Below are positions 51,613-55,037 of a stretch of DNA of 55,037 nt, in pieces. A program made the translations under genes and the position numbers. Source of the DNA: Candidatus Kerfeldbacteria bacterium (GTDB lineage Bacteria; Patescibacteriota; Patescibacteriia; UBA9570); contig JACQPW010000033.1 of NCBI GenBank assembly GCA_016207285.1, forward strand, positions 1-55,037, in the 5' to 3' direction. How positions within the stretch are numbered: position 1 is the first letter of the stretch; every line of letters begins with the position of its first letter. The notes under the pieces were generated by a model, which was given only the letters and a program-made list of their open reading frames with translations, had not been told where the DNA came from and ran no database searches.

Positions 51613-53400
51613 ATGCGTTTAGTTTCCTGGTCGATCAGTCTTGGCGTGTTGGTGATACCAGCCCTCAGTGTGGCGACTACCAGCATTGAACTATCTGATT
51701 TGGCAGTGGTGACCGGTGCAACCGAAGGCACGCTAGCGACTACCGGGTTGGCTCAGATTGGTGATGTCAATGGTGATGGCTATGAGGATGTTGCACTGGG
51801 CGCTCCGGATGCTGGCGACGAGAGCCAAGGAGCGGTCTACATTTTATACGGTCAGGCCGATCGGATTGATCAAGTGGTGTTTGCGGATTTACCGACTTTA
51901 GTAGGTGAAGAGGCGGGTGATCAGCTAGGTTCGGTGGTGGCTGGACTAGGGGATATCAATGCAGATAGTTATGATGATTTTGCGCTCACCTCACAATATC
52001 ATGACACGGGCGAGAATAATCCAGGAACTGTGTACCTGATCTATGGTCAGGCGACGGCGTATACTAATCAAACCGTGGCTAGTCGTCCCCGTTGGTATGG
52101 TGCCGATAATAATGATCATGCGGGTGTCAGTTTGGCCGGGGTTGGTGATATCAATAGTGATAGCTATGACGATTGGGCAGTTGGCGCCACTTGGCATGAT
52201 GATCGCAGTGGTGGCATCTATGTGCTCTATGGTCAGGCGACAGCTTTTACGGGTACGCAGCAGCTATCCGATCAGCCATTTTTTTCCGGCAGTGATGACT
52301 TTGATTATGCCGGTAGTGCTATAGCGGCTGGTGATGTCACTGGGGATGGCGTGTCCGATATCGTGGTATCTGCTCCACGGTATGATGGTACCGAACGAGA
52401 TGTCGGTACGGTCTACACGATTCCTGGTCGCACCACAGCATATAATAGTACTAACTTAGATACATTTACTAGTGTGAGTGGTGCCACCAAACGGGAGCGC
52501 ATCGGCACGAGCTTAGCTGTGGGTGATGTCACTGGTGATAATGTAAACGACATTATTGTTGGTGTACCGTACAGTGATACGGCTGGTGATAACGCCGGTG
52601 TGGTCTACGTTAATTCTACCGCTACAACCATCACTGGTGGAACAACCGGTGATCTGTTTGGTAAATCGTTAGCCTGGCTGGGGGACGTGACCGGTGATGG
52701 TGCCAATGATCTGTTGATTGGCGCACCATCCGAATTAGATCCACAAGCTGGTTTTGGCTGGTTACATTCCACATTGGCGGATTACCAATTGGCCGGTGAA
52801 GTCGTAGGTGACTTGGCTGGAGCCGTTGTGGCCGGTGCTGATTTGAATGGTGATGGTCAAACTGAGTTACTCATTGCCGCTCCACACTATGATGGCAATA
52901 GAGGTCGGCTCTATATTGGTTATTGGCCTATTTACACCTGTGCTAATTCAGTGGAGTTAGGCGGTCTATTGGCTGATTATCCCAGCACTGATTATAAATT
53001 GCGCAACTATGCTGCCAATAGTCACTTTAAAATTGCCGTGGAACGACGTGGTCAGCAAGCCTTTTTGATTAATTGTAATGCTAACCGGATTGAGCAGACA
53101 CTGACCTTTAATACGCGCACGCAACGTAAAATACTGGCGCGGGTATTTCGCGCCCGTGGTGCTAATCTCTTTATTGCAGTAACCCGGACTCCGAGCAAAC
53201 GCAAAATTAAAATCTTTCTCTATCAGCAAACTGAATCTGCGCTTGTAGAAACAGATTATTTGAAACGGAAATGGCGACCGCGTGGTTTTCGGATTAAATT
53301 AAACCATCACAATAAAGTAGTGTTGCAAAAAGGCCAAGAACGTAAACACCGGTTACGTTATCGGGTGCGCCTGGATTTAACTTTGAATCCATTAGACTAA
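51613..53400 (+). CDS. secreted FG-GAP (integrin-alpha-like) repeat protein with basic C-terminal domain
   Basis: 595 aa with a signal peptide. Repeats include GDVNGDGYEDV, GDINADSYDDF, GDINSDSYDDW, GDVTGDGVSDI, GDVTGDNVNDI, GDVTGDGANDL and ADLNGDGQTEL, with YILYG, YLIYG and YVLYG strands. Confidence 0.8.
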   Translation: MRLVSWSISLGVLVIPALSVATTSIELSDLAVVTGATEGTLATTGLAQIGDVNGDGYEDVALGAPDAGDESQGAVYILYGQADRIDQVVFADLPTLVGEEAGDQLGSVVAGLGDINADSYDDFALTSQYHDTGENNPGTVYLIYGQATAYTNQTVASRPRWYGADNNDHAGVSLAGVGDINSDSYDDWAVGATWHDDRSGGIYVLYGQATAFTGTQQLSDQPFFSGSDDFDYAGSAIAAGDVTGDGVSDIVVSAPRYDGTERDVGTVYTIPGRTTAYNSTNLDTFTSVSGATKRERIGTSLAVGDVTGDNVNDIIVGVPYSDTAGDNAGVVYVNSTATTITGGTTGDLFGKSLAWLGDVTGDGANDLLIGAPSELDPQAGFGWLHSTLADYQLAGEVVGDLAGAVVAGADLNGDGQTELLIAAPHYDGNRGRLYIGYWPIYTCANSVELGGLLADYPSTDYKLRNYAANSHFKIAVERRGQQAFLINCNANRIEQTLTFNTRTQRKILARVFRARGANLFIAVTRTPSKRKIKIFLYQQTESALVETDYLKRKWRPRGFRIKLNHHNKVVLQKGQERKHRLRYRVRLDLTLNPLD

Positions 53401-54557
53401 TGCGTCGACGTTTTTCTGCATTGACATCCCATTGGCACGTACCGAATTATACTTTGATCGGCCTGCTCTTAATTTTATTGATGTTTGGTTTGATCATGTT
53501 GTCGTCAGCTAGTTCAGTGGCCGGCTTCGAAAAGTTTGATGATCCATATTATTTTGTGAAACGGCAATTACTCTATGGTGTGTTGTTTGGGTTGCCCGTG
53601 ATGTGGTTGTTGTCGCGCATCGATTATCACATTTGGAAGCGCTATGCGTTTGCGCTAATTGTGGTGAATATCATTTTTCTGATTTTAGTATTGGTACCTG
53701 GAATTGGGGTAGAATTATTGGGGGCTCGGCGCTGGATTAACTTAGGTGGTATTTTATTTCAACCATCAGAACTGATTAAACTAACTTTTCTGCTCTATCT
53801 AGGGTTGTGGTTAGAAGCCCGGCAAAAAAGTCGGGCGATTCGTGACATTTCAACTGGGTTTGCTCCCTTCATGACCATGATTGGTTTTTTGGTCTTGATG
53901 ATTGCCGGTGTGCAGAAAGACCTGGGTACGATGGTCATTATTGCCGTCATTGCGGTCGTGGCTTATTTTATCGCCGGTGCTCCCTGGAAACATTTAGCGG
54001 TGATTGGAGCAGCTGGGGTGGCGATGTTACTCTTCTTAATTAAGGTGCTGCCATGGTTTATTCCCTCCTTTAGTTATCGAGCTAATCGGTTGACGGTGTT
54101 TTTGAATCCAGATCTGGATCCGCTAGGGATTGGTTTTCATATTAACCAGGCGTTGTTGGCGATTGGTTCGGGTGGTTTATTTGGCGTGGGGCTAGGCCAT
54201 TCGCGGCAAAAATTTAATTACTTACCAGAAGTAGCCACCGATTCTATTTTTGCGGTAGTCGCGGAAGAGATGGGGTTTATTATTGCCTTGAGTCTGGTGG
54301 CACTCTATGTTGGGATTATGTGGCAGGGGATCCAGGTAGCCAAAGCGGCCCCGGATCATTTCGGTAAAATTGTCGCGGCTGGGATTGTGACCTGGATTAC
54401 CTTTCAGGCCGTGGTTAACATTATGGCTATGTTGTCGCTACTACCGTTAACTGGCATTCCGTTACCATTCGTCAGTTATGGTAGTACCTCGATGGTTACT
54501 TTGCTGGCCGCCGTGGGCATTTTGATTAATATTTCGCGGCAAACTAATCAACGATAA
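53400..54557 (+). CDS. ftsW: SEDS peptidoglycan glycosyltransferase FtsW (FtsW/RodA family)
   Basis: 385 aa with ~10 TM. RWINLGGILFQPSELIKL, YLPEVATDSIFAVVAEEMGF and PLTGIPLPFVSYGSTS motifs. It lies immediately upstream of murG. Confidence 0.85.
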   Translation: MRRRFSALTSHWHVPNYTLIGLLLILLMFGLIMLSSASSVAGFEKFDDPYYFVKRQLLYGVLFGLPVMWLLSRIDYHIWKRYAFALIVVNIIFLILVLVPGIGVELLGARRWINLGGILFQPSELIKLTFLLYLGLWLEARQKSRAIRDISTGFAPFMTMIGFLVLMIAGVQKDLGTMVIIAVIAVVAYFIAGAPWKHLAVIGAAGVAMLLFLIKVLPWFIPSFSYRANRLTVFLNPDLDPLGIGFHINQALLAIGSGGLFGVGLGHSRQKFNYLPEVATDSIFAVVAEEMGFIIALSLVALYVGIMWQGIQVAKAAPDHFGKIVAAGIVTWITFQAVVNIMAMLSLLPLTGIPLPFVSYGSTSMVTLLAAVGILINISRQTNQR

Positions 54558-54558
54558 T

Positions 54559-55037
54559 ATGCGCATTCTGTTTAGTGGCGGTGGCACAGCCGGGTCAGTT
54601 ACACCATTATTAGCGTTAGCGGAACAGTTGCAGGAGCACGATCTCTATTTTGTTGGCACCAAGCGTGGTGTGGAACGGAAACTCGTGACTGGGATGACAT
54701 ACATTCCTTTATTAGCCGGAAAATGGCGACGTTATTTTTCTGTACGGAATGTATTGGATTTATTCGTTATTGTGGGTGCGTTCTTTCAAGCTTGGTTTTA
54801 TGTATTGAAGTATGCTCCGGATGTGGTGGTGTCAGCCGGTGGGTTTGTATCGGTGCCGGTAGTGTGGGCGGCTTGGTGGTGCAACATTCCAACGCTCGTG
54901 CACCATCAAGATGTGCAGATGAGCTTAGCTACTCGTTTAATGAAACCGTTTGCCAGTGTCGTCACTACGGCGCGGGAAATTGGTAACCCAGTACGATCAC
55001 TGACCGTCACCACGAATGATTTTAAGCTGGACTCCAC
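54559..55037 (+). CDS. murG: MurG (UDP-GlcNAc:lipid I transferase), 3'-truncated by the window end
   Basis: Open frame from ATG 54559 to the window end, not in the ORF track. Translated by hand: MRILFSGGGTAGSVTPLLALAEQL...VVVSAGGFVSVPVVWAAWWCNIPTLVHHQDV...GNPVR, which are MurG N-domain motifs. Confidence 0.85.
   Translation, partial: MRILFSGGGTAGSVTPLLALAEQLQEHDLYFVGTKRGVERKLVTGMTYIPLLAGKWRRYFSVRNVLDLFVIVGAFFQAWFYVLKYAPDVVVSAGGFVSVPVVWAAWWCNIPTLVHHQDVQMSLATRLMKPFASVVTTAREIGNPVRSLTVTTNDFKLDS

Noticed and set aside
1-55037. Alternative genetic code (UGA as Gly or Trp, as in some CPR lineages)
   Set aside because: Several well-defined genes end at TGA, exactly where homologues end and where the next gene starts. 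Examples are the yqeY ATGA overlap at 4812-4815, the sugar transferase at 40479-40482 and the GTGA overlap at lepA. The standard code fits.
1-55037. CRISPR arrays, tRNA or rRNA genes, transposases, integrases, reverse transcriptase/DGR, prophage genes
   Set aside because: I scanned the intergenic regions and ORF translations and found no direct-repeat/spacer arrays, no cloverleaf-type sequences in the spacers, and no DDE, tyrosine-recombinase or RT motifs.

Overview
Gene-dense 55-kb fragment of a small-genome bacterium. G+C is roughly mid-40s to 50% in hand-sampled stretches. The standard genetic code applies, since TGA is clearly used as a stop. Coding runs in nine alternating strand blocks with many 1-40 nt gene overlaps.

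Housekeeping content:
- hisS, a HIT hydrolase, rpsU, a yqeY-like gene, ybeY, dgkA, ftsA, ftsZ
- nrdR, cobO, and nrdJ preceded by NrdR boxes
- glnA, and thiBPQ behind a TPP riboswitch
- RNase P RNA (rnpB)
- an envelope-glycan locus: priming sugar transferase, three GT4 enzymes, a Wzz-like protein, DUF4012, murJ and a DUF2723 GT-C
- lepA, ftsW and a 3'-truncated murG

Interleaved with these is a large set of secreted or surface proteins: two FG-GAP proteins, a 2805-aa acidic Cys-rich giant protein, two TSP3-repeat membrane proteins, a G8-domain protein, a parallel beta-helix protein and a BNR double propeller. This gene repertoire and protein style suggest a Patescibacteria/CPR-like, possibly episymbiotic organism. 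That is inference, not proven.

Most notable observations:
1. A 10.3-kb module (giant protein with a pilin-like double-TM N-terminal anchor, plus two TSP3 proteins) sits between rpsU-yqeY and ybeY-dgkA, apparently translationally coupled to them.
2. A ~360-bp island of ~65-70% G+C lies downstream of ftsZ, with coding-like periodicity and its own terminator.
3. A GAF-ANTAR regulator and an ORFan lie upstream of glnA. The glnA leader carries a strong promoter, two hexaloop hairpins and an overlapping intrinsic terminator.
4. Overlapping divergent extended -10 promoters sit 7 nt from both start codons of the G8 / beta-helix gene pair, suggesting leaderless mRNAs.
5. The thi leader combines a TPP riboswitch, a terminator and a 120-bp C/G-tract palindrome. 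It is placed back-to-back with rnpB, which in turn abuts the glycan operon.

No tRNA or rRNA genes, CRISPR arrays, transposases, integrases or reverse transcriptases were recognised.
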